From Alphaproteobacteria bacterium (lineage in GTDB: Bacteria; Pseudomonadota; Alphaproteobacteria; UBA6615), in NCBI GenBank assembly GCA_965261975.1, contig CBDHEC010000003.1:1-64000 (forward strand): a stretch of DNA of 64,000 nt. The letters are read 5' to 3'. The position numbers and the translations under genes are program-made. A model generated the notes under the pieces. It saw only the letters and a program-made list of their open reading frames with translations. It was not told where the DNA came from and did not search any database. How positions within the stretch are numbered: the stretch's first letter is position 1; each line of letters starts with the position of its first letter. Shown in pieces: positions 42,278 to 50,830 of the stretch.

Positions 42278-45265
42278 ATGGGACGCATCAGAACACGACT
42301 GCGGTGGCAGGTTGCCGCCACCATTCTGGCAGGCCTGGTCACGACCGGTGCGGCCCAGGCGCAGGAAGCCTGTTCGGCCAAACACGCAAAACCACTGCTG
42401 CCAACCAATCCGGCCATGTGTCTCGATCTGCACGACGCCGTGCGCGCGCCCTCGGCGCTATCGCTGGGCGAATACGAACAGACGCTGGGTAAATATCTCC
42501 GCAATTATTGCCATCGCGATGCCGATGCCGGCTGGGTCCGCGACAAGAGTGTCCGTGATACCGGGCCGTTCATATCGCTGTTCAAGGACGGCGAATGGCA
42601 GGGCACCGACCACGGCGTCCATGCGCCGGTGGTCATTTGGTATTCGCCAGAGGCTGCTGAATGGATCCGTGAAAACCGCGCCGAGGCCGATGTCGGCACC
42701 GGGCGGGACAAAACGCCGATGCCCGATGGCGCAATGTTGATCAAGGAAATGTACCCCGCACCCGCCTCCGTCTGCGCCGGCGAAGATCCGCTGACGCTCT
42801 TCCCGACGAACGGCGCGGCGGTCATGGTGCGCGACCGCGAGGCCTCGCGGGACGGCTGGTACTGGGGCTGGTTCGGCTGGGAAGGCTGGACCCCGGACTG
42901 GCCGGCCGACAAGACGACGAACCGCCTGCCCTATGCTGGATTCGGCCAGTATTGCGTGAACTGCCACGCCTCGGCGCGCGATAACCTGACATTCTCCTCA
43001 ACGCGGAACATGGCCGGCGAGCCGGGCACACCCCTCTTCTACGTGAGCCAGGACGAGGCGCTGCACACGCCTGTGCCACCCGCGCATATCGAGAAGCTCG
43101 CGGCGGCGAAGCCCACTGAAAAGGCCGCCGAAAAATCAGACTCGAAGGCCAACCCCGACATGCCGCTCAAGGAATGGCTGGCCGGGTTCCGCGAGGCCTT
43201 TCCCAAACTGGACGGGGTGGCCATCGCGCGAAAAGACGTCGTCGAGATGCCATCCGAGACTTATGACAACGCCTACATGCCGGCCGACGCGCCGAACGAC
43301 CACGGGCCGTTTGTCACATCCGACCAGTGCCTCGGATGCCACGATGCCGGCAGCACGGGCCTGCACTTCGACATGACCGTGCCCGATCCCGAAACGGGAA
43401 AATTGCTCAACCTCTCACCCTATGCGACATGGCGCACATCGCCGATGGGGCTTGCGGGGCGCGACCCGATTTTCTTTGCCCAGCTCGCCAGCGAGACCCA
43501 GAGCTTCCACCCCGACGACGCAGGGTTCGTGGAGACAACTTGCCTGGGTTGTCACGGCATCCTTGGCCAGCGGCAGGCGCAGATCGACCAGCATGCTGCG
43601 ACCGGCGAATGCGGGGTGTTCACCCGTGAAGACGTCAACGCCATCCCCTGGCCCGCCAACAACGCCCATGCCGACAAGGCCGATTATGGCGCGCTCGCGC
43701 GAGACGGCATCTCCTGCATGACCTGCCACCAGATGGCCGTCGGCACCGAGGCCAACGAAACCGCCGCCAAGAACCCGCGCAACGCCTGCGCCATCGAACG
43801 GCAGGAAATACTCAATCCCGGCGCCACGAGCCTGGCGCGAACCTTCACCGGATCGTTTCTGACCGGCCCGAGCGACCGCATCATCGGACCGGTCGCCGAG
43901 CCCCGGACCCGACCGATGGAGGAATCGCTCGGGCTTACCCCGCACCAGGACATGTCGATCGCCGCGTCGGAAACCTGTGGGAGCTGCCACACGGTCCATC
44001 TTCCGGTGCTCCATCGGGGCAAGACCGTCGCCCATGTGTATGAGCAGACAACCTACGCAGAGTGGGCGTTCAGCGATTTCCGGACGGGTGAATCTCCCTA
44101 CAACGAGAAGCTGCCCGAGGGCGCCGGGGCCATCGCACTATCCTGCGCGGACTGCCACATGCGTGACGAAAGCCTGACGCGCAGCAAGATTGCCAGCATC
44201 CAGGAGGTCTCCAACTTCCCCGCCGCCGAGTTTACCGCCGCCGCCAGCGAACTCGACCTCCAGGAGCGAGACAATTATTCGCCCCACATACTGGTCGGGC
44301 TCAATTCGTTCCTCGTGCGCATGGCGCGCCAGTTCCCCGACATTCTCGGCATTCGCAAGCAGGATCCGATGCTGGTCTCCAAGGGCGTGCCGCCCGTCGC
44401 CGCGACCGAGCGCCTGATCTACGAGAACGCGGCCCAGCGCACGGCGACAATTTCCGTCGGCAAACCCGAACTCAAGGAAGACGGGCTGCACGCAGAGGTA
44501 TCGATCATCAACCGGGTGGGCCACAAATTCCCCTCGGGCGTCGGCTTCCGGCGCGCCTTCATCAGTTTCGAGGTGCTCGATGCCTCGGGCGAGGTTTTAT
44601 GGGCCTCCGGTCGTACCGACGAGGTCGGTCGGCTGGTCGACCGCGCGGGCACGCCGATCGCCGGCGAGGATTGGTGGGGACCGAGTTGCTCGATCCCGGC
44701 GGATCGAGCCACGCGTGCGCACCAGCCCCATTTCCAGTCCGTGACGGCCGAGGACCAGGCGCAGATCTATCAGGAACTGGTCTCGACGCCGCCTGACCGC
44801 GCGGAGGTGACCTGCGGCCACGACGCAGAGCCCGAGGGCGTTCTGACGACAAGCTTCTTGTCGATCTGCGCCGAGGTGAAGGACAACCGCCTCCTGCCGG
44901 TCGGCTATTTGCCGCTGGCGGAGCGCAAGGTCCTCGCCAAGGCTTTCGGCGCAGGCGACGACCTGGCAGAGGACTCCGGTTCAACGGCGGTCGGCGGAGA
45001 CCCCGACTATCGCACGGGTGGCGGCGACACCTTGACCTATGTCGTCCCCCGCGACGCCCTCTCTGCGACACCCGCCTCCGTGCGTGCGCGGCTCTACTAT
45101 CAGGCCACACCGCCATTCTTCCTGCAGGACAGGTTTTGTTCGGCCGAGGGGCCGGACACAGACCGGCTGCATTGGCTCACGGGCCATCTCGACCTGGAAG
45201 GGACACCGGCTGAGGGCTGGAAACTACTGGTCGCCGACAGCGGAGCTGTCGCGGTCGGGAAATGA
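42278..45265 (+). CDS. Large periplasmic multiheme cytochrome c with N-terminal cytochrome P460-like domain
   Basis: Signal peptide; six CxxCH motifs; PDGAMLIKE...AVMVRD...GWYW pattern; HKFPSG motif. Confidence 0.8.
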   Translation: MGRIRTRLRWQVAATILAGLVTTGAAQAQEACSAKHAKPLLPTNPAMCLDLHDAVRAPSALSLGEYEQTLGKYLRNYCHRDADAGWVRDKSVRDTGPFISLFKDGEWQGTDHGVHAPVVIWYSPEAAEWIRENRAEADVGTGRDKTPMPDGAMLIKEMYPAPASVCAGEDPLTLFPTNGAAVMVRDREASRDGWYWGWFGWEGWTPDWPADKTTNRLPYAGFGQYCVNCHASARDNLTFSSTRNMAGEPGTPLFYVSQDEALHTPVPPAHIEKLAAAKPTEKAAEKSDSKANPDMPLKEWLAGFREAFPKLDGVAIARKDVVEMPSETYDNAYMPADAPNDHGPFVTSDQCLGCHDAGSTGLHFDMTVPDPETGKLLNLSPYATWRTSPMGLAGRDPIFFAQLASETQSFHPDDAGFVETTCLGCHGILGQRQAQIDQHAATGECGVFTREDVNAIPWPANNAHADKADYGALARDGISCMTCHQMAVGTEANETAAKNPRNACAIERQEILNPGATSLARTFTGSFLTGPSDRIIGPVAEPRTRPMEESLGLTPHQDMSIAASETCGSCHTVHLPVLHRGKTVAHVYEQTTYAEWAFSDFRTGESPYNEKLPEGAGAIALSCADCHMRDESLTRSKIASIQEVSNFPAAEFTAAASELDLQERDNYSPHILVGLNSFLVRMARQFPDILGIRKQDPMLVSKGVPPVAATERLIYENAAQRTATISVGKPELKEDGLHAEVSIINRVGHKFPSGVGFRRAFISFEVLDASGEVLWASGRTDEVGRLVDRAGTPIAGEDWWGPSCSIPADRATRAHQPHFQSVTAEDQAQIYQELVSTPPDRAEVTCGHDAEPEGVLTTSFLSICAEVKDNRLLPVGYLPLAERKVLAKAFGAGDDLAEDSGSTAVGGDPDYRTGGGDTLTYVVPRDALSATPASVRARLYYQATPPFFLQDRFCSAEGPDTDRLHWLTGHLDLEGTPAEGWKLLVADSGAVAVGK

Positions 45266-45286
45266 CCGGGAGTCGGAGCCCATTTG

Positions 45287-45901
45287 CTAGTTTGCAGCGA
45301 ATAGCAGTTTGAGATATCGCCGATACTCGGCCACCTGACGCTGCACCCAGGTCGCGTCACCATACGCATTGGCCATCACGAAGCCGCCCTCGATGATCGT
45401 CGTAACCATCTCGGCGAGCCGCTGCGAATCAACCGCCTCTGCAGTCGGGCGGGCCGAAATCAGGGCGTCCAACTTCTTGATATAGAGCGCCGCCCAGGCA
45501 TCGAGGCTCTCGCGAATGAACTCGGTCACATCGGGCCCGAACTGCCGACTCTCATAGGTGTAGGACGCGAAGATACATCCCGGGAAAGGTTTGCCGAGAC
45601 CGTCCATGAATTCTTCGAACAACCGTAGAAAAATAAAGACGCGCTCGAGCGGGTCGTCGCTCAGCCGGTCGGCCTTCTCGGCCCATTCGGTGAACAGGGC
45701 CAGGTCGTTCGCCGCGTAGCGTTCGAGGACACCTCGCGCCAGTTCGGCCTTGCCCTTGAAGTGGTGAAAGAACGCACCCTTGGTCAGCTGCGTCTCCTTG
45801 AGCAGGCGATCCAGCGACATCCCGGCATACCCCTCCTGAAGAATCAGGGTTTCGGCCGTCGCCAATAACCGCTCGCGTGTTTCTTCGCCTTTGGTGCTCA
45901 T
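45287..45901 (-). CDS. TetR family regulator (NemR-like)
   Basis: TKGAFFHHFKGK HTH; GC motif in the C-domain. Confidence 0.92.
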   Translation of the reverse strand: MSTKGEETRERLLATAETLILQEGYAGMSLDRLLKETQLTKGAFFHHFKGKAELARGVLERYAANDLALFTEWAEKADRLSDDPLERVFIFLRLFEEFMDGLGKPFPGCIFASYTYESRQFGPDVTEFIRESLDAWAALYIKKLDALISARPTAEAVDSQRLAEMVTTIIEGGFVMANAYGDATWVQRQVAEYRRYLKLLFAAN

Positions 45902-46028
45902 TCCGTTCAGCTATAAAACCATTCAGTCTGTTTTAGATAGCGCTCTCTGCCAGAAAAGGCAAGAGAATCAATAGGAAATGCTTCTTCCTAACGGCTCAAT
46001 CCCATTTTATTGGATAATAACCTTGAAA

Positions 46029-46075
46029 CAGACCGAACGGTTCGTTATTTATGAAGATCCAGACCGTTCGGTCTG
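46029..46075. promoter_or_regulatory. Tandem TetR operator palindromes (third degenerate copy at 45915-45930)
   Basis: CAGACCGAACGGTTCG and perfect CAGACCG-TT-CGGTCTG, directly after TTGAAA -35. Confidence 0.75.
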
Positions 46076-46096
46076 TTTTTGCAACGGAGGGAAAAA

Positions 46097-46672
46097 ATGA
46101 GCAACATGATGAACGGCGTCGACCGCGACGCCCTGTTCCAGACGATCGATGCCGTGAAGGCGGATTCCGAACTCGCGAAGTTCAACTTCCGGATCGCCAA
46201 CACCTGGATGGGCGGCGGCCTCTACCGGACCACGGTGTCGGACTTCCACGGCGTCAAGGAAGACATCGCGCATGAGGTCGAATTCGAGATCTGGAACGAC
46301 GAGCCCGACGTGCTCCTGTCCGGCGACAAGGGCCCGAACCCGGTCGAGAACTTGCTGCACGCGCTCGCCGGCTGCCTGACCACCTCGATGGCCTATCACG
46401 CGGCCGCGCGCGGCATCGCGATCGACGGCATCACGACGCGTTTCGACGGAGACGTCGACCTGCGTGGTTTCCTGGGCCTCTCCGACGACGTCCGCAAGGG
46501 CTATGACGAGATCCGGGTGATGTTCGATATCAACGCCGACATCCCCGAGGCCGAGAAGCGCGACCTCGTCGAGATGGCGATGGCGCACTCGCCCGTCTTC
46601 GACGTGATCACCAACGGCACGCCCGTCGCCTGCATGATCCGCGAGGACATGCCGGCCGAGATGGCGGCCTGA
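46097..46672 (+). CDS. OsmC family protein
   Basis: DEP..L.GDKGPNPVE.LL.ALAGC, DLRGFLG; GGAGG RBS. Confidence 0.9.
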   Translation: MSNMMNGVDRDALFQTIDAVKADSELAKFNFRIANTWMGGGLYRTTVSDFHGVKEDIAHEVEFEIWNDEPDVLLSGDKGPNPVENLLHALAGCLTTSMAYHAAARGIAIDGITTRFDGDVDLRGFLGLSDDVRKGYDEIRVMFDINADIPEAEKRDLVEMAMAHSPVFDVITNGTPVACMIREDMPAEMAA

Positions 46673-46682
46673 CCCGGTCCCC

Positions 46683-46717
46683 GCCGCGATTTCCCTGTCC
46701 ACTCGGGAAATCGCGGC
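46683..46717 (+). other. GC-rich intergenic hairpin
   Basis: 13-bp perfect stem GCCGCGATTTCCC/GGGAAATCGCGGC with no U tract. Confidence 0.55.
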
Positions 46718-46784
46718 GCATGGGATTGTGCGACCCCACCACGACTCACTATTCTTGGACCTCCCCTGCACGAGGAGTTCTTTC

Positions 46785-49115
46785 ATGGGTGAGTTTTCGA
46801 TCGGCCAGTCGCCAAACCGGCTGGAGGACGCGAGGCTATTGCGCGGTCAGGGCCGCTACCTGGCCGATATCAACGCGGACCGGCAGCTCTGGGCGGTGAT
46901 TCTTCGGTCGCCCTACGCACACGCCAAGATTCTTTCGATCGACACCTCAGCCGCAGAGGCGATGCCGGGTGTTCACAAGGTGCTGACGGGCGCGGACTAC
47001 CGGGCCGACGACATGGGCGTGGTCCCCTGCATGGGTGCCTACAAGCACCGCAGCGGCACGCATATGTACATCCCCGACCGGCCGGCGCTCGCCGTCGACC
47101 GGGTGATGCATATCGGCTATCCGGTGGCGATGGCCGTCGCCGACACCGAGCACCAGGCGCGCGACGCTGCCGAGGCGATCGAGGTCGACTACGAACCCCT
47201 GCCCGCCATCGTGTCGTGCCGCGAGGCCTTCGAGGACGGCGCCCCCCAGCTCTACGACGACTGCCCGAACAACGAGAGCTATTTCTACGAGACGGGCGAC
47301 AAGGCGGCGACCGATACCGCCTTCGATGCGGCCGACCACACCATCTCCCAGCATCTGGTGATCAACCGGATCACCGCCAACCCGCTCGAACCGCGCGGCG
47401 TGCTCGGCGAATGGGACGCCGGCACCGACCGCATCACCATCCGCTGCGGCTTCCAGCGGCCCTGGCTGTTCCGCGTCTCGCTGGCCGAGCAGTCGTTCAA
47501 GGTGCCGGAGACGCGGATTCGGCTGATCACCGACGATATCGGTGGGTCCTATGGACTGCGCGGCTCGATCTATCCCGAGATGGTGCTGATGCCCTGGGCC
47601 TCGAAACATGTCGGGCGGCCCGTGCGCTGGATGGCCGACCGGACCGAGGCGCATCTGTGCGACGATGACGGGCGCGACAACATGGTCGATGCCGAGCTCG
47701 CCTTCGACGATGACGGCACCTTCAAGGCGCTGCGCATCCGCAGTTGGGGCAATCTCGGCGCGTTTCCGTCCTACCGGGGTGCCGCGCCGCCCGCCGTCCA
47801 TATCGGCACCGCGATCGGCCCCTACACCACCCCCGTCGCCTATGCCGCGGTCTCGGGCATGCTGACCAACACCCACTGCACCTCGCCCTACCGGGGAGCG
47901 GGGCGACCCGAGGCGTCTTTCATGATCGAGCGGCTGGTGGAGCGGGCGGCAGACCAGCTGGGCGTGGATCCGGCGGAGCTGCGCCGGCAGAACATCATCG
48001 CGCCCGAGGCCATGCCCTACAAGACGCCGCTCACCTACACCTATGATTGCGGCGAGTTCGAGAAGAACATGGACATGGCCATGGAGATGGCCGACTGGTC
48101 TGGCTTCGAGGCGCGACGCGAGGAGGCTGCGACACGCGGCAAGCTACGCGGCATCGGCATGTCGATCACGCTCGAATGGGCCGCCGACAATACCACCGAG
48201 ACCGCGGAGATCCGCTTCGACCCGTCGGGTGACCTCACCTTCGTGGCCTCGACCATCACCCACGGCCAGGGCCATCGCACGATCCAGACCCAGATCCTGG
48301 TCGACCTTCTGGGCGTCGCGCCGGAACGCGTGGGCGTGCTCCAGGGCGACACCGACATCGCCGCCTTCGGCATGGGTACCGGCGGCTCACGCTCGACCAT
48401 GATGACCGGTTCGGCGATGGTGCTCGCCGCGCGCAAGATCATCGAGAAGGGCAAGCGCCTCGCCGCGCATCTTTTGGAGGCATCGGAGAACGATATCGAG
48501 TTTGCTGACGGGAAGTTCACGGTCACCGGCACCGACCGCGAGATCGGTGTTCACGAGATCGCCGAGGCGGCCTTCCGCTCGAACGAACTGCCCGACGACA
48601 TCGAGCCGGGCCTCTACGAGACCGCCACCTACAACTCGAAGACAGGCGCGTTTCCCAACGGCTGCCACATCTGCGAGGTCGAGGTGGACCCGGACACGGG
48701 CGTGACGGAGATGGTCGGCTACTGGGTGGTCGACGACGTCGGCACCATCATCAACCCGATGCTGGTGAAGGGCCAGATCATGGGCGGCATCGCCCAGGGT
48801 ATCGGCCAGGTGCTGATGGAGGACAAGACCTACGACCCGGAGACGGGCCAGCTGCTGGCCGGCTCGTTCATGGATTACTGCATGCCGCGCGCCGACGACT
48901 TCTGCCATGTGGAGTTCGAGGAGAACGAGGTGCCCACGCCGACCAACCTGCTCGGCGCCAAGGGCGCGGGCGAGGCCGGCACCGTCGGGTCTCTCTCGGC
49001 CGGTGTAAACGCGATCGTCGACGCAGTGTCGCATCTGGGCGTGGAACATATAGATACGCCGTGTACGCCGCTGCGGGTCTGGGAGGCGATCCGCGACGCG
49101 CGGGCAGCTTCTTAG
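46785..49115 (+). CDS. Xanthine dehydrogenase family Mo-binding large subunit (CoxL/CutL-like)
   Basis: RLEDARLL, RSPYAHA, PYRGAGRPE, HGQGH, GAKGAGEAG. Confidence 0.92.
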   Translation: MGEFSIGQSPNRLEDARLLRGQGRYLADINADRQLWAVILRSPYAHAKILSIDTSAAEAMPGVHKVLTGADYRADDMGVVPCMGAYKHRSGTHMYIPDRPALAVDRVMHIGYPVAMAVADTEHQARDAAEAIEVDYEPLPAIVSCREAFEDGAPQLYDDCPNNESYFYETGDKAATDTAFDAADHTISQHLVINRITANPLEPRGVLGEWDAGTDRITIRCGFQRPWLFRVSLAEQSFKVPETRIRLITDDIGGSYGLRGSIYPEMVLMPWASKHVGRPVRWMADRTEAHLCDDDGRDNMVDAELAFDDDGTFKALRIRSWGNLGAFPSYRGAAPPAVHIGTAIGPYTTPVAYAAVSGMLTNTHCTSPYRGAGRPEASFMIERLVERAADQLGVDPAELRRQNIIAPEAMPYKTPLTYTYDCGEFEKNMDMAMEMADWSGFEARREEAATRGKLRGIGMSITLEWAADNTTETAEIRFDPSGDLTFVASTITHGQGHRTIQTQILVDLLGVAPERVGVLQGDTDIAAFGMGTGGSRSTMMTGSAMVLAARKIIEKGKRLAAHLLEASENDIEFADGKFTVTGTDREIGVHEIAEAAFRSNELPDDIEPGLYETATYNSKTGAFPNGCHICEVEVDPDTGVTEMVGYWVVDDVGTIINPMLVKGQIMGGIAQGIGQVLMEDKTYDPETGQLLAGSFMDYCMPRADDFCHVEFEENEVPTPTNLLGAKGAGEAGTVGSLSAGVNAIVDAVSHLGVEHIDTPCTPLRVWEAIRDARAAS

Positions 49116-49184
49116 GCGGCAGCTTGCACGACTGGCGCATCGCACCTAACTGCTTATGGAAAGAATTCAACGAGGACACACGCC

Positions 49185-49700
49185 ATGACCGAAACCGCAT
49201 ATCTCGCCGGCGGCTGCTTCTGGGGCATGCAGGATTTGATCCGGCGCCTGCCCGGCGTCGTCTCCACGCGAGTCGGCTACACGGGCGGTGCGTTGCCCAA
49301 CGCGACCTACCAGCATGTGCGCACCGGGACGACCGGCCACACCGAGGCTATCGAGGTCGTGTTCGATCCCGACCAGGTCAGCTACCGGGATATCCTCGAA
49401 CTGTTCTTCCAGATCCACGACCCAACCACGCCCGACCGCCAGGGCAACGACCGGGGCACGCAATACCGCTCGGCGATTTTCTGGCTAAGTGAGGCGCAGC
49501 ACGAGACCGCCGTGGATACCATCGCTGACGTCGAGGCCTCGGGCCTTTGGCCGGGCAAGGTGGTCACGCAGGTTGCGCAGGCCGGCGACTTCTGGGAGGC
49601 CGAGCCCGAGCACCAGGATTATCTGGAGCGCGTCCCCCACGGCTATACCTGCCACTTCGTGCGGCCCGACTGGAAACTGCCCAAGCGCGACGCGGCCTAG
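49185..49700 (+). CDS. msrA: Peptide methionine sulfoxide reductase A
   Basis: [28 protein letters not shown]. Confidence 0.96.
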   Translation: MTETAYLAGGCFWGMQDLIRRLPGVVSTRVGYTGGALPNATYQHVRTGTTGHTEAIEVVFDPDQVSYRDILELFFQIHDPTTPDRQGNDRGTQYRSAIFWLSEAQHETAVDTIADVEASGLWPGKVVTQVAQAGDFWEAEPEHQDYLERVPHGYTCHFVRPDWKLPKRDAA

Positions 49701-49707
49701 AAACGCC

Positions 49708-50457
49708 CTAGAACAGCTCCCCCTGATCGGGCGGCTCGTCGACCAGGCTGTGTGGCGTCAGCAAATCCGGGCCGTCGTTGCGGATGTCGTTGACGGCGCG
49801 GCCAACGGGCACAACACGCACAGTGTCTTCCGGCGCGGGTCGCAACAGCTCACCCGCCGCCTCGCGATCGAACCGGTCCTCGGTGCCGTTGCCCAGCCAG
49901 GCGTCGAAGCCGTCGGGATTCAGGATCACCGGCATGCGGTGGTGGAACGGATGCAGTGTCTCGTTGGCTTCGGTGGTGACGATGGTCGCGGTCTCGAGTT
50001 CGGAACCATCCGGCCCGAGCCACGCCTCCCACAATCCCGCGAAACTGATCAGCCCGCCATCGGGCCGGGAAATCCAGACCGGCTGTTTCGGGCCCGAGCC
50101 GGTTGATTGCCACTCGTAGAAACCGCTCGCCGGGATCAGGCAGCGCCGACGCCGGAACGCGGCGCGAAACGACGGTTTCTCGGCGATGGTCTCGGCGCGC
50201 GCATTGATCATCCGCGTGCCCATCCCGGGGTCCTTCGCCCAGGCCGGCACCAGCCCCCAACGCAACAACGCGGGGACTCGGGTCAGCGGATTGTCACCGC
50301 CCGCGCCGCCCTCCCGGCTGGCCGCGCGGATAATCGCGACGATCTCCTGGGACGGCGCAATGTTGTAGCGCTGGGGCAGCACGAAACTGGTCGACACCAG
50401 CCCGTAGGCCGCGTGGATCTCTTCCCAGCTGTGAATCAGGCCGAATCGTCCGCACAT
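49708..50457 (-). CDS. SOS response-associated peptidase (SRAP/YedK/HMCES)
   Basis: MCGRF N-terminus, RYNIAP, NARAET, GFYEW, HHRMP. Confidence 0.95.
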   Translation of the reverse strand: MCGRFGLIHSWEEIHAAYGLVSTSFVLPQRYNIAPSQEIVAIIRAASREGGAGGDNPLTRVPALLRWGLVPAWAKDPGMGTRMINARAETIAEKPSFRAAFRRRRCLIPASGFYEWQSTGSGPKQPVWISRPDGGLISFAGLWEAWLGPDGSELETATIVTTEANETLHPFHHRMPVILNPDGFDAWLGNGTEDRFDREAAGELLRPAPEDTVRVVPVGRAVNDIRNDGPDLLTPHSLVDEPPDQGELF

Positions 50458-50651
50458 ATGGCTATTTTACACCTGTTTTGACGGCGATCCCGTTTCGTTC
50501 GCCGCTAAATTCCCGAGTCGCTTTTGGCCCGACCACTAGATTTTGGGTTTCGGGGTACAAACCGGGCACAAAAGGATTATTTCAATTCGGCGACAAGACG
50601 TAACAATCTGGCAAATATCAGGGTTTTCCGGGCCTTCATCGGGCTCCCACA

Positions 50652-50694
50652 TTGACTCCCCCGCCGGAAAGAATACAATGTTCTCGTCTTGTTC
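50652..50694 (+). promoter_or_regulatory. Sigma70-like promoter followed by alphaproteobacterial LexA box
   Basis: TTGACT-N16-TACAAT then GTTC-N7-GTTC at 50680-50694. Confidence 0.65.
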
Positions 50695-50706
50695 ACGGTG
50701 ACAGGT

Positions 50707-50752
50707 CGCCAACATTTAGTGTTTACTTAATGTTACGGCTCTAGATGTTGTG
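50707..50752. promoter_or_regulatory. Tandem NrdR boxes (additional box at 50532-50547)
   Basis: CGCCAACATTTAGTGT and GGCTCTAGATGTTGTG, 30 bp apart, upstream of nrdA. Confidence 0.65.
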
Positions 50753-50830
50753 GGTTGTGCAGGTTTTCCACTGAAAACTGCCCACAAGGTGTGGAGCACC
50801 TGGATTGTCGCGTGGAGGGGGCCTTTATAA

